DNA from: an uncultured Nitrospinota bacterium
Lineage (GTDB): Bacteria; Tectomicrobia; Entotheonellia; J063; CAVPRW01
Length of the DNA: 64,000 nt
Reading direction: 5' to 3'
Assembly: GCA_963707985.1 (NCBI GenBank)
Contig: CAVPRW010000023.1
Span: 64,001 to 128,000 of the forward strand
Made by a program: the position numbers and the translations under genes. Each line of letters opens with the position of its first letter. The first letter of the stretch is position 1. Under the pieces are notes generated by a model. The model was not told the DNA's origin, did not search any database, and was given only the letters and a program-made list of their open reading frames with translations. This document shows positions 13,926 to 24,767 of this stretch, piece after piece.

Positions 13926-15146
13926 ATGCGGATCGCACAGGTCGCCCCCCTGTTCGAGAGTATTCCCCCCAAGCGATACGGGGGTACGGAGCGGGTCATC
14001 TCGTACCTCACCGAGGAACTCGTCCGGCTGGGACACGAGGTCACGCTGTTCGCCAGCGGTGACTCGGAGACAAACGCGAAGCTGGTCCCCGCCTGCCCTC
14101 GTGCCTTGTGGCACGACGAGCGCTGCCGGGAGACGCTGCCCCATCACGTCCGGCTGATGGATCTCGTCTTCCAGGATGCCTCGCGCTTTGACATCATCCA
14201 CTTCCACTGCGACTACCTGCACTTCCCCCTGCTGCGGCGCCACCCCTGCCCGAGCGTCACGACCCTGCACGGGCGGCTGCACGCCCCGGACCTGCAGCCC
14301 CTCTTTGCTGAGTTCGCCGAGGTGCCGCTCGTCTCCATCTCTCATGACCAGCGGCGGCCGATCCCTTGGGCCAACTGGCAAGCCACCGTCTACCACGGAC
14401 TGCCGCGGGACCTGCACACCTTGCGGGAACGGCCAGGGGATTACCTCGTGTTCCTGGGGCGCCTCTCCCCCGAGAAGCGGTTGGACCGGGCCATCGCCAT
14501 CGCCCAACAGTCAGGGAGGAAGCTGAAGGTCGCGGCGAAGATTTACCCGGAGGAACGCGACTACTTCAACCAAACCATCGAGCCACTGCTGCACCAGTCC
14601 CGGTCCTGGGTTGAGTTCCTCGGCGAGGTCGGCGGCCGGGAAAAAGACGAGTTGCTGGGCAACGCACTGGCGCTGCTGTTTCCCATTGATTGGCCGGAGC
14701 CGTTCGGCCTGGTCATGATCGAGGCCATGGCCTGTGGTACCCCCGTCATCGCCTGGCGCAACGGGTCGGTCCCTGAAGTGATGGAGGATGATGTCACCGG
14801 GTTCGTCGTGGACAGTGTGGAGGAGGCAGTGTTCGCCGTCGGACGCGTGGCCAGCCTATGCCGTCGTGCCTGCCGCGCGGTGTTCGAGGAGCGCTACGAC
14901 GCCGTGCGCATGGCCCGTGATTACCTGGAGGTGTATCGGCGGCTGGCGCATGCCGGCCCTGAGTTGGTGTGGCCTGCGCCTCATGTCCCTGGGCCGCTGT
15001 CGCTCCCGGCGGAACATAGCTCGGCTCAGCGTAAGCCGTGCCGGTTGCACGTACCCCTCCTGGGGACGTTACCCGGCGTCAACTCTCATGCTCTCGAAGC
15101 AGACCGCACGGATGCTGATGCCGTCCAAGTGCTGACAGGAAAATGA
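13926..15146 (+). CDS. glycosyltransferase family 4
   Basis: MRIAQVAP..PPKRYGGTERV, GRLSPEK, EPFGLVMIEAMACGTPV. Confidence 0.93.
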   Translation: MRIAQVAPLFESIPPKRYGGTERVISYLTEELVRLGHEVTLFASGDSETNAKLVPACPRALWHDERCRETLPHHVRLMDLVFQDASRFDIIHFHCDYLHFPLLRRHPCPSVTTLHGRLHAPDLQPLFAEFAEVPLVSISHDQRRPIPWANWQATVYHGLPRDLHTLRERPGDYLVFLGRLSPEKRLDRAIAIAQQSGRKLKVAAKIYPEERDYFNQTIEPLLHQSRSWVEFLGEVGGREKDELLGNALALLFPIDWPEPFGLVMIEAMACGTPVIAWRNGSVPEVMEDDVTGFVVDSVEEAVFAVGRVASLCRRACRAVFEERYDAVRMARDYLEVYRRLAHAGPELVWPAPHVPGPLSLPAEHSSAQRKPCRLHVPLLGTLPGVNSHALEADRTDADAVQVLTGK

Positions 15147-15161
15147 TGACCTCACCACAAC

Positions 15162-17369
15162 GTGCACATCACGGAGGACCTCAGGCTAGGGGCCGAGCAG
15201 GGAACCGCGAAGGCCCCAGGGGACGGCGGCCCTTACCACATCCTGGCTGCTTCCAGCCTGGCGGACGAGCGGACCCGGGTGCTCAAGCACGGGGACACAT
15301 TCGCCGTGTTCGACCACTACGGCGACATTAAGGCCGGCGGGCTCGGCGAGGAAGGACTGTACCACGAAGATACCCGCTATCTCTCCTGCCTACTGCTGGA
15401 GCTGGAGGGGAGCCGACCGTTTTTCCTGAGTTCGACGGTCCGGGACGAGAACGACCAACTGGCCGTCGCCCTGACCAACCCGGACCTTCTTCATGAAGGC
15501 CTGGTACGGGTTCCGCTCGGCACATTGCACATCGCGCTGAAGAAGTTTCTCTGGCAGGGGGTCTGCTACCAGCAACTGCAAGTCAAGAATCACGGGCTTG
15601 TACCGGTGGAAACTTTCCTCGCTCTGCACTTCGCGGCTGACTATGCGGACATCTTTGAGGTCACCGGCCGTCAGCGGCAGGCCAGGGGCGAGGACCTTCA
15701 ACCCGAGGTGGCCGGCGACCGCGTAGTCCTCGGCTACCGGGGCCTGGATGGCGTCGTGCGCCGCACCCGCCTGCAGTTCTCACCAAGACCTTCCCTGCTC
15801 ACCGCCTCCACCGCCCGGCTGGATCTGTCGCTGCAGCCACAGCAGGAGGCTACGTTCTCTGTAACGGTCGGCTGCGAATGCCAACCCGCGACCTCGCGGC
15901 TGCTCGCCTTCGATGACGCGCGCGCCAAAGCCGAGTCCGACCTGGAACGGTACAATGCCTGGTCCTGTCATCTGCACACGTCGAACGGGCAGGTCAACGC
16001 CTGGGTCAGCCGTGCGGTGTCCGACCTGCACATGATGACGACCGAGCTCGCCACTGGCCCGTACCCCTATGCGGGTCTGCCCTGGTTCAACACCCCCTTT
16101 GGACGGGACGGCATCGTGACCGCACTGGCATGCCTATGGCTGCGTCCAGGCCTCGCCCGGGGCGTGCTGGCGTACTTGGCCTCTACCCAAGCCACGGAGG
16201 TCATCCCGGAACAGGACGCAGAACCCGGCAAGATCCTACACGAGACCCGCAATGGCGAGATGGCCGTCCTGAAGGAGGTGCCCTTCGGTCGCTATTACGG
16301 CAGCGTCGACGCCACGCCGCTGTTCGTTCTCCTGGCAGGCGCCTACTACGAGCGCACCGGCGACCGGGTCTTCGTGGAGTCCCTCTGGCCTCACGTAGAG
16401 GCGGCACTGCACTGGATCGATGGCTACGGGGACCGGGACGGCGATGGCTTCGTGGAGTATGACCGGCAATCGGCAAATGGGCTACTCCACCAGGGATGGA
16501 AAGACTCAGCCACCGCCGTCTTCCATGCCGATGGCACGCTGGCTCAAGGCCCTATCGCCCTGTGTGAGGTCCAGGGCTATGTCTATGCCGCCCGCCGGGC
16601 AGGTGCGGCGCTGGCTGCTGTCCTGGGCCGCGGCCGGCAGGCGACGGAGCTAGCCCAGCAGGCCGAGGCACTGCGGCAACGCTTCGAGCGAGCGTTCTGG
16701 TGTGAGGAGCTGTCCACTTACGCCCTGGCCCTGGACGGCGATAAGCGGCCCTGCCAGGTGCGGACCTCCAATGCCGGGCAGTGCCTGTTCACCGGCATCG
16801 TGAGCCCCGAACGGGCCCATCGCGTCGCCCGGACACTCCTGAGCCCGGAGTCGTTCTCCGGTTGGGGCATTCGCACCGTCGCCACACCCGAGGTGCGCTA
16901 TAACCCCATGGCCTACCACAACGGCTCAGTCTGGCCCCATGACAATGGCCTGATCGCCCAGGGCCTGGCGCGCTATGGCATGGGCGAGCTGTCGCTGCAG
17001 ATCTGGACGGGGATGTTCGAAGCTGGTCGCTACTTCGACTTGCACCGCATGCCAGAGCTGTTCTGCGGCTTCCCCAAGGCCCCGGGGGAGGGACCTACCC
17101 TGTACCCGGTCGCGTGCGCCCCGCAGGCCTGGTCGGCCGCCTCGGTATTCCTCCTCTTCCAGGCCTGTCTAGGCTTGGAGATCAACGGCCCCGAGGCGCA
17201 GGTGTACTTCACCCGGCCGCACTTACCGGCATCTCTGGGTGAATTGCGGATTCACAATCTCGCGGTGGCCGGGGCGAGCGTTGATCTGTTACTGGTCCGC
17301 CACGAGCAGGACGTGGGCGTCAACGTGCTGCGTCGTGAAGGGGACGTCCAGATCCTGGTGGTGAAGTGA
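15162..17369 (+). CDS. amylo-alpha-1,6-glucosidase / glycogen debranching enzyme-like (GDE_N + GDE_C)
   Basis: AGLPWFNTPFGRDG, EPGKILHE, QGWKDS, YHNGSVWPHDN, PQAWS; start uncertain (15143-15162). Confidence 0.92.
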   Translation: MHITEDLRLGAEQGTAKAPGDGGPYHILAASSLADERTRVLKHGDTFAVFDHYGDIKAGGLGEEGLYHEDTRYLSCLLLELEGSRPFFLSSTVRDENDQLAVALTNPDLLHEGLVRVPLGTLHIALKKFLWQGVCYQQLQVKNHGLVPVETFLALHFAADYADIFEVTGRQRQARGEDLQPEVAGDRVVLGYRGLDGVVRRTRLQFSPRPSLLTASTARLDLSLQPQQEATFSVTVGCECQPATSRLLAFDDARAKAESDLERYNAWSCHLHTSNGQVNAWVSRAVSDLHMMTTELATGPYPYAGLPWFNTPFGRDGIVTALACLWLRPGLARGVLAYLASTQATEVIPEQDAEPGKILHETRNGEMAVLKEVPFGRYYGSVDATPLFVLLAGAYYERTGDRVFVESLWPHVEAALHWIDGYGDRDGDGFVEYDRQSANGLLHQGWKDSATAVFHADGTLAQGPIALCEVQGYVYAARRAGAALAAVLGRGRQATELAQQAEALRQRFERAFWCEELSTYALALDGDKRPCQVRTSNAGQCLFTGIVSPERAHRVARTLLSPESFSGWGIRTVATPEVRYNPMAYHNGSVWPHDNGLIAQGLARYGMGELSLQIWTGMFEAGRYFDLHRMPELFCGFPKAPGEGPTLYPVACAPQAWSAASVFLLFQACLGLEINGPEAQVYFTRPHLPASLGELRIHNLAVAGASVDLLLVRHEQDVGVNVLRREGDVQILVVK

Positions 17370-17599
17370 CCAGGCCGCACTCGTCGATAATGCTGACGTG
17401 GATATCGTGCAGGAAGCGGCATGACAAAGCGTGCAGAGGCTCCGCGGCTTCGACGGCAGTCCGAGGAGTAGGAGCCGGTGGAATATCAGGTCGTGTACCA
17501 TATTGCTTCCCTTCCCTAGCGTCGAAGCCACCGACCCACATCACCATAGGCACCGCGCGGCGCACCCGTCACCTTCGAGCCTATCCGCAGTCCACTCGG

Positions 17600-20125
17600 T
17601 CAACCGGCATAATGCATGGCGATACGCTTCCGACTTTCTTCTTCCAGGGCTTTGCGAATGGCTGGTTGCGTCGCCATCGCGACGTTGAGATCATCGCGAT
17701 GAAGTTTGTAGAGCGTACATGGCGTCACGGTTGTCACGGTCGCCATGTGTGGCTCATGGCTCAGCAGCGCAACTTCCCCAAAGAATTCTCCAGCCATCAG
17801 CGTGGCCAGGTCACGCGACATGCCTTGCGCTTCACGCGACGCGCGTACCACGCCATGGGCGATGACGTACATGTCATCGCCTTGCTCTCCTTGCCTAATG
17901 ATAACCTGGCGCGCCGGAACAACCTGCACGTCTATCCGGACCGCGATGTTCGCCAGATCTTCCAGTGAGATGTCTTGAAAGCAAGGCATCCTCTGAATCA
18001 GCTCGATAGGCTCCCGTGTGAGTTCGGTAACATCGTGTCCCTTCAGGCTCCGCAACTCGTGCGAGATTTCCGCCTCCATGCGTTCCGCTATCGGCGCGGG
18101 AAGCGTGCCATGCTCTGTTTGCTGTGCGATGGCTTCAACCTCTGCGACGAGCAGCAGTCGCCGCGCCAGCCGTGTTTGCATTTCATTGATAAATTCAGGA
18201 TAGTGTTCGGCCATCTGATCCAACGCATACTGCGTCGTCTCATACACTTTCTGATAGCGGCGGCGTACCGTGTCTACGAGGTACCAGGGCATCGATTCGA
18301 CGCGAGCCAACGTGTCGAGGACGTCGAGCACACGCCGACTGCTCTGGCAACGCGCCCCCGCCATCTCGTAGTCCATAGCGAGGCGATTCAAGTGCAACCG
18401 TTCTGCCAACGGCGCCAGTGAAACCACCATGTTGCTGACTCGCAAAGCCACCTCTTCGAGGCGATGCTGGAAAGAGCGGCGAGGTTGCACATCCTGATAC
18501 TCACCCGTACCGCGCACTGCGTCAATGTGGAGTTGGAGCGTCAGCAGCAGCTCCCTGAAGGCACGCTCGCTCAGTTGCCCCTTGTTGAACATATCTACGT
18601 AGAGGGAATGCTCTTCAGCAAGTCCCCGGAGGGAGAGAAGAGCGCGTTGGGTGTCGTCGTCATCCAGTTCTGCCCTGTGGAGAGCCTCAATCGCCGCTTT
18701 GATGCCGTCAAGCTTCTTTTCATATTGCACCTGCAAACGTATCGCCACAGCGCCTGAGCAGAAACCGCTTGAGAGCAACTCAGGCAATCGGTCCATGGCG
18801 CGCTGCTTGGCGGTAAAATCGCCTTCCAGTCGCGCCAGGCGCTCGCCCACCAAGGGGGAGTCCAGCCCAAGCAGACGCACCAGAGGCTCGATACTGAGCC
18901 CCTGCACCAGCAGGGTGAACAGTACCGCGCCCATGGCGAGCGCTATAAAAACCTCGCGATGCTCGAATGGTGGCAGGCTCATGGCGATGGCAAGCGCGAT
19001 GGCGCCGCGAAGCCCTCCCCAGAAAATGACTGCTTGATACGCTCGATTCATCGGCTCAGCTCTCGACAATCGTTGCACCAAGGGCATGAGCCCATAGATG
19101 ACGGCAGCACGCGACACCAGTAATGCCACAACCACCCAGAACAACAAACCCAATGTGACCCACAAGGCAACAAGATCGACGTGCAATCCTACCATGAGAA
19201 AGATCAAGGCGTTTGCCACAAAGGCGATGTATTCCCAAAAATGTTCTAGGTAATCGCGCACAGCATACGAGACTTTCATGCGACCCCACCCGCCTATGGT
19301 GATGCCTGCCGCGATGGTTGCCATGACTCCGCTCACTTGCAGGACCTGCTCGGCAAGAAGATAGGACACATATGCGAGGACGGTCGTCAGCGTAATCTCG
19401 ATGAAGTGGTCCTCCACTGTGCCGAGAGCGTAGCCGGTCAGCAGGCCCAGGAGCCACCCCACCCCGAGTCCCCCGACGAACACCACGACAAAGTTGATGG
19501 CGCCTTTGGAGATGACCCCATCCGATACGGCTCCGGCGAGAATCACCCCCAGCAGAATGCGCGCCAGAACGATGGATGTGGCATCGTTGAAGAGGCTTTC
19601 GCCCTCAACCAAAACTCTGAGTCTTTGTGGTGCGCCAACCCGTTTGAATACAGCGACTACCGCTACTGGATCGGTGGCGCTGAGGATGGCTCCCAGCAGG
19701 AGTGATGCCGTGAGGGGAATTGGTGTGACCATCGCCACAATGAGGCCGATGATCATCGTCGAGAGCATGAGCCCAGGACCTGCCAGTACGAGCACCGATC
19801 CGAGATTCTCACGCAACTGCCGGGCATCAAGATTGAAGGCTGCCTCAAAAATGAGCGTGGGCAGGAAAACATAGAAAATCAGCGACGAGGAAATTTCCAG
19901 GTCACGAAGCGCGGGTAGCACATGCGGATAAGCGGCAGACAACGCCGACAAGCCGATGCCGACCACGACCAGGACGACTGTAAAGGGAAGCTTCAGCCGC
20001 CTCGTCACGGCGAGGACAACGGTGGCGATCAGGAGTAAGATAATAACCCCGCCCACGAGGGCAGCGACCTGAGGTGGTTGTTGCATAGCGTCTGAGTAAC
20101 TTTCAAACGATCTCGGCTGTGCCAT
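17600..20125 (-). CDS. CPA1 Na+/H+ antiporter with C-terminal cyclic-nucleotide-binding domain
   Basis: ATDPVAV, EGESLFNDA, GGLRGA; C-terminal GEFFGEVALL cNMP motif. Confidence 0.92.
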   Translation of the reverse strand: MAQPRSFESYSDAMQQPPQVAALVGGVIILLLIATVVLAVTRRLKLPFTVVLVVVGIGLSALSAAYPHVLPALRDLEISSSLIFYVFLPTLIFEAAFNLDARQLRENLGSVLVLAGPGLMLSTMIIGLIVAMVTPIPLTASLLLGAILSATDPVAVVAVFKRVGAPQRLRVLVEGESLFNDATSIVLARILLGVILAGAVSDGVISKGAINFVVVFVGGLGVGWLLGLLTGYALGTVEDHFIEITLTTVLAYVSYLLAEQVLQVSGVMATIAAGITIGGWGRMKVSYAVRDYLEHFWEYIAFVANALIFLMVGLHVDLVALWVTLGLLFWVVVALLVSRAAVIYGLMPLVQRLSRAEPMNRAYQAVIFWGGLRGAIALAIAMSLPPFEHREVFIALAMGAVLFTLLVQGLSIEPLVRLLGLDSPLVGERLARLEGDFTAKQRAMDRLPELLSSGFCSGAVAIRLQVQYEKKLDGIKAAIEALHRAELDDDDTQRALLSLRGLAEEHSLYVDMFNKGQLSERAFRELLLTLQLHIDAVRGTGEYQDVQPRRSFQHRLEEVALRVSNMVVSLAPLAERLHLNRLAMDYEMAGARCQSSRRVLDVLDTLARVESMPWYLVDTVRRRYQKVYETTQYALDQMAEHYPEFINEMQTRLARRLLLVAEVEAIAQQTEHGTLPAPIAERMEAEISHELRSLKGHDVTELTREPIELIQRMPCFQDISLEDLANIAVRIDVQVVPARQVIIRQGEQGDDMYVIAHGVVRASREAQGMSRDLATLMAGEFFGEVALLSHEPHMATVTTVTPCTLYKLHRDDLNVAMATQPAIRKALEEESRKRIAMHYAG

Positions 20126-20350
20126 TCCCAGTACGGGACAATTGTCTAATGGACAGGCATGCGGTCGTGAACCGGCGCAGGAAGGCCGTAAGCTGCTGCC
20201 AGTTCGTCGCTGTCATTCTATAACCTGCTTTGCAGAAGCGGTAGTCCTTTTGTACGATTATCACCTGCACCGCGTGCAACTTTATGTTGACTGAGCGTAC
20301 ACGAAATGAGTTCAGAGTCAACGTAGCGCGAGGCAAGCGTTTCTGGGTGC

Positions 20351-20970
20351 GAGGGACCCTCCGTCCATGGGAGAACCTTGGGAACATCTGCGCAGAGTTC
20401 CTATGGTCTACCAGGCGAGGAGGATCCCCATGGAGGCCCTCGACGTCGAGATGAGGATCGCAGCAGGCGAGCAGGCGCTCCAGGCGTTGATCACGTGTGC
20501 CAGGGAGCGTGCCGGCACGCTTGAGGCGCACGAAGCGGAGCAAGGTATCTGCAAGCGGCGGCTGCCCAGTGGGCTGGCGGCGATGCAACGCTCCGTCGCC
20601 GAGCGCGGGACCGGCGATGTGGGACCGGCCGTCACGCGGGCCGACGGGGCGATGCGGCCACGGCAGACGCCGCTGCGAGGGCGGGACTCCTGTTCGCTCT
20701 TCGGCACGTTCCAGGTGGCCCGCACCGGCGATCGCACACCCGGGGAGCCCGGGAGCGTCCCGCTGGACGCGCAGGTCAACCTGCCCGAGCGGTGCGACTC
20801 GTAGGTCCGGCAGGAGTGGATGACGTGGTGCGCGGTCGAGCCCCCGTTCAAGGAAAGTGCCGGCTGGTTCGCGCCGCTCTTGGACCTCGAGGTGGCCGAG
20901 AGCGTGCTGATGGAGGGCGCGCAGGAGGCGTCGGAAGACTACGAGCGCTTCTCGGCGCAACGGCCCGTGT
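20351..20970 (+). mobile_element. ISKra4-like transposase remnant, truncated at an IS3 element
   Basis: SLFGTFQVAR and PLDAQVNLPERCDS* resemble ISKra4 N-termini; contains internal stops. Confidence 0.6.
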
Positions 20971-22218
20971 TGTGGTTTAATGAAAACGGACACATTGAGC
21001 AGAGTGATAAGATCATGCAAGGAGGTGTCCGATGAAGACAGAGACGAGACAGGTCGACACAGCCGAATTCAAACGGGAAGCGGTCCGCCTGGTGACCCAC
21101 CAGGGCGACGGGGTGAGTGAGGCGGCCCACAACCTGGGGATCAATACCAATATGTTGGGCCGCTGGAAACGCCAGGCTGAGGCGCAAGAGAACGGTGCCC
21201 GGGCAGGTAACGGTCGGCTGTCGTGAGAGCACGAGGAGCTGGAGCGGTTGCGGAAAGAGCACAAGCGTCTGCGGATGGAACGTGACATCTTCAAAAAAAC
21301 AGTCCGCTTCTTTGCCAGCGAGTCGAACTGAAATATGCCTTTATCGCCGAGCACCAGCAACAGTGGCCCGTTTGTGTGCTGTGTGAGGTGTTGGAGGTCG
21401 GCCGCAGTGGGTTTTACGACGATGTTCAGCGCTGCAAGACGGGCGGTGTCGACGCTGAGGAGAGGCGCGTGGTGGCACGGATCAAGGCCATTCATGCCGA
21501 GACAGGCCAGAGCTCTGGAAGTCGTCGCATGGCCCAGCAACTCCAGGACGAGGGCTTTTGGGTGGGGCGCTGGAAGGCGCGGCGCTTGATGCAACAGGCC
21601 GGGGTATCCGTGAGGGGCCGCCGCAGACGTCGCCCACAGACCACGGACAGTCGTCATGGCTTTCGGGTGGCAGCGAATCTGCTGGAGCGGCAGTTTGATG
21701 TCGACCGGCCTCACGCCGCGTGGTGTGGCGACATCACCTCCCTGTGGACCGAGGAAGGGTGGGTGTATGTGTCGGTGCTGGTGGACTGGTATTCGCGCAC
21801 AAGTGGTGGGCTGGGCGATGAGTCATCATATTGCTGTGACCCTGGTTGCAGATGCCTTGCACATGGCGCTTGGCCGCCGGAGTCCTGCAGCGGGCCTGAT
21901 GCACCACAGCGACCGCGGCAGCCAGTATGCCTGCCATGCGTACCGGGGACTGCTGGCTGACAACGGGGTCCAGTGTCGTATGAGTCGGAAGGGGGATTGT
22001 CTGGATCACGCGGGCGCAGAGCGGTTTTTGGGGAGCTTGAAGCGAGAGCGCACGGCGCATCGGGCCTATGCGACGCGTCAAGAAGCGCGGGATGATGTGA
22101 TCGACGATATCGAGATGTTCTACAAGAGTCGGCGCAAACATTCGTATCTCGGATATGTCAGCCCCAATGAATACGAAAAAATTGCGCAGGTTGCTTAACT
22201 GACTGTCCGTTTTTACCA
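20971..22218 (+). mobile_element. IS3-family element (orfA/orfB), inactivated
   Basis: orfA EFKREAVRLV; orfB WCGDIT, HHSDRGSQY, SLKRE. Partial terminal IRs (AAAACGGACA left, TGTCCGTTTT right). Stops and frameshift present. Confidence 0.9.
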
Positions 22219-22302
22219 ACTATTGCTCCACAGCGTGGGCTCTATGGATTTTTATCGTTGTCGACCACCGTAACCATTTCCCTGGCCCTATTTAGCCCTC
22301 AC

Positions 22303-22331
22303 CTCACCCTCTCCCGGAGGGAGAGGGTGAG
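22303..22331. repeat. perfect 13-bp GC-rich hairpin (REP-like or terminator)
   Basis: CTCACCCTCTCCC-GGA-GGGAGAGGGTGAG between convergent units. Confidence 0.65.
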
Positions 22332-22401
22332 TAAGCTTTACCATGGAATAGTCAGCTATAAAAACGAACGCCGGCTCCACAAGGCACACAGCAACTCTGC
22401 G

Positions 22402-23364
22402 CTACAGCGGACGCAAGAGTGAGCCCTCATGAGCGGCTTCCATGATGTACACATTTCGTAAGCCATCCGTCAGCGTCGTCCGGGGTGCGCGCGGCTGCTG
22501 GATGGCTTGGACGAAATCAGCCACCTCTTCTGTGAATGTGTTCGTGGGCTGGTAAGGAATCGCCTCGCCCTTGCAGAGAATGCTCCCGCCCTGTCGTGAG
22601 CCGAACACTCCGTCCGCTATGATGGCACCACCTGCGCCATAGATCTCCAGGCGATTCTCGGCTCGAAAGACGGCGGCGACCGCCAGTTCTGCCAGCAAGC
22701 GCCCCGGATAGTCCAGAACCACAACGCTCACCTCATCGTTGGGGCTTTGATAGACCGGACTAGCGATTCCCCCTCCGATACTGGCCGGCTCACCAAAATA
22801 CCAGCGCCAGAGATCGATCGCATGCGTACCGACGGCGCTCAAAGCCCAGTAGCGCGATTGCTCGCTGTGCGCCCGCCATCCCTGAGGATCCTGCGCCGCT
22901 GCGGTCAGGAAGGCACGGGCATAGCGCACCTGCCCGATTTGTCCCGCATCGATCATGGCTTTGATGCGCTGCAGGCCGTGGCTGAAACGGTTGTTGTAGC
23001 CCATGGCGAAGGTAATACCACTGGCACGAATGCTTTCCGCCATGCGCTGACAGCCGGCATACGTGGTCGTCATCGGCTTTTCGCATAAGATGTGCTTGCC
23101 GGCCTGCGCGGCGGCGATGACCTGGGACTCATGCATCGCATCCGGGCTGGCAACGATCACGGCATCGACCCGTGGGCTCTGCAACAAGGCTTCAAGGTCG
23201 TCGTATACTTCAGGAATGCCATATTGCTGGGCGAAAATGGCACCGCGAGCCTTGTCGCGACTCAGGACTGCCACCAAGCGAGCCTCGTCAACCGCTTGCA
23301 CGGCAGGGATAAACGCACGCTGGGCGATATTGCCCGTGCCCAACAGTGCAATGCCAAGCGTCAT
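22402..23364 (-). CDS. Gfo/Idh/MocA family oxidoreductase
   Basis: GTGNIA Rossmann motif, AGKHILCEKP, HAID. Confidence 0.92.
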   Translation of the reverse strand: MTLGIALLGTGNIAQRAFIPAVQAVDEARLVAVLSRDKARGAIFAQQYGIPEVYDDLEALLQSPRVDAVIVASPDAMHESQVIAAAQAGKHILCEKPMTTTYAGCQRMAESIRASGITFAMGYNNRFSHGLQRIKAMIDAGQIGQVRYARAFLTAAAQDPQGWRAHSEQSRYWALSAVGTHAIDLWRWYFGEPASIGGGIASPVYQSPNDEVSVVVLDYPGRLLAELAVAAVFRAENRLEIYGAGGAIIADGVFGSRQGGSILCKGEAIPYQPTNTFTEEVADFVQAIQQPRAPRTTLTDGLRNVYIMEAAHEGSLLRPL

Positions 23365-23480
23365 CGTGTCGTTCTCCTGAAAGGAAAGAGTATGCTAGGG
23401 CCTGTGTTGTCGCTCATCTGTTCTGCAGTTACACGGTGCCCCGACGCCTCCGAGCATTCATGCTGTCGGCCGCGGTGGCG

Positions 23481-24509
23481 CTAGTGGTCAAGGCGGTAGA
23501 CGCGCGCCGCCGTGTCATGGAAGAGCTTGGCCTTCTCGTCCGCCGAGTAGCCGGAGGTCAGGCGCTTGAACGTGTTCCACAGCACGGTATAGCTGCAGCT
23601 TGCCTTATCCACAGGGAAATTCGATTCGAACATGCAGCGGTCCGCCCCGAATTGCTCCAGCATGTATTCGTAATAGTGCCGGGTAGCGTCCACGAGCTCC
23701 TGGCTGGTGGGCGGGCGAGGCTTCTCATGCCAGTCAAAGCCGTTCACCTCCATATTGATCCCGCCCAGCTTGGCCACGACGTTGGGGCAGGTGGCCAATT
23801 CGGTCACATGGGAGCGCCACTGGGCAAACACCTCCTTGGCTTTGCCGGCATAGGGTCCGACGCCGATAGGCCCTCCAAAGTGATCTAGAATGATCGTCGT
23901 GTCGGGAAAGGCACGGGCGAGGTCGGTGACCTCAGGGATCTGGTGGTGATAGCACCAGGCTTCAAAGGTCAGCTGACGCGGAGCCAGATGGGCGAATCCG
24001 GCGCGGAAATCCGGACGCAGGAGCATCCCTTGAGGCGGATTGGTGCGATGATTGGGAACGGCCTCGCTGGCATCCCAGGTTGCCCCCAGGCGGATGCCGC
24101 GGAACCGTCCACCGCCCGCAACGAGTTGTGCATCCAACACGGCGGCGACGGCATCGCCGAGCATCAAGTTCGCGGTGCCCACGATCCCGGCAGCGATATG
24201 TACTGGGCCGTAGATGCCGGAGGCACTCATCGCGGCGATGCCGTTGACGAACTCGACCTCGCCCACGGGGCGCATGGCTTCCGGCACGTCAGGTTTGAAC
24301 ATGGAAGCGCATTCGATGAACACGGTCGACACGACGTTATGGCCGCTTCGCACATCTGCCAGAATTTCGTCCAGCAGATAGCGCGGCGCGACACGTGCGG
24401 GACGGAGGTCCCACAAGTGGTGATGGGGGTCACAAATTGGCAAGTCGGGTTCGAGGGGTTCCTCAACCGTTAACGCGAGCCAGTCGGCATTTGTCGCTTG
24501 TGTGGCCAT
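23481..24509 (-). CDS. amidohydrolase family protein (Amidohydro_2)
   Basis: DPHHHLWD, ILDHFG, MFESNFPVD. Confidence 0.92.
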   Translation of the reverse strand: MATQATNADWLALTVEEPLEPDLPICDPHHHLWDLRPARVAPRYLLDEILADVRSGHNVVSTVFIECASMFKPDVPEAMRPVGEVEFVNGIAAMSASGIYGPVHIAAGIVGTANLMLGDAVAAVLDAQLVAGGGRFRGIRLGATWDASEAVPNHRTNPPQGMLLRPDFRAGFAHLAPRQLTFEAWCYHHQIPEVTDLARAFPDTTIILDHFGGPIGVGPYAGKAKEVFAQWRSHVTELATCPNVVAKLGGINMEVNGFDWHEKPRPPTSQELVDATRHYYEYMLEQFGADRCMFESNFPVDKASCSYTVLWNTFKRLTSGYSADEKAKLFHDTAARVYRLDH

Positions 24510-24767
24510 GGGATAACCTTTCCGTATCGAGCAGTGCCTGCCAATTCACCGCTGTGCCTGGTCTTGTCCGTGCTACAGATCGATAGCGTGAGTATGGGCC
24601 ATCGCTTAATGGATTGCAAGGCATCGTGCGGGCCAGTCGTGCCATTATCAGTAGCCATGGGCACAGTCTTTGGTCTATGATACGGCAACGATTTAGCCTA
24701 GCACGGATCGCGGCTCCCAAGGCTGCTCAATCACAACCCTTGATCCCGTGAGACCAGGAGGTGAAGC

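Noticed and set aside
21224..21226. In-frame TGA in IS3 orfA as selenocysteine
   Set aside because: No redox motif, and the element has other inactivating lesions.
22303..22331. Hairpin as a novel ncRNA
   Set aside because: Resembles common REP-like CCCTCTCCC/GGGAGAGGG palindromes or terminators; only degenerate relatives are seen (near 38605).
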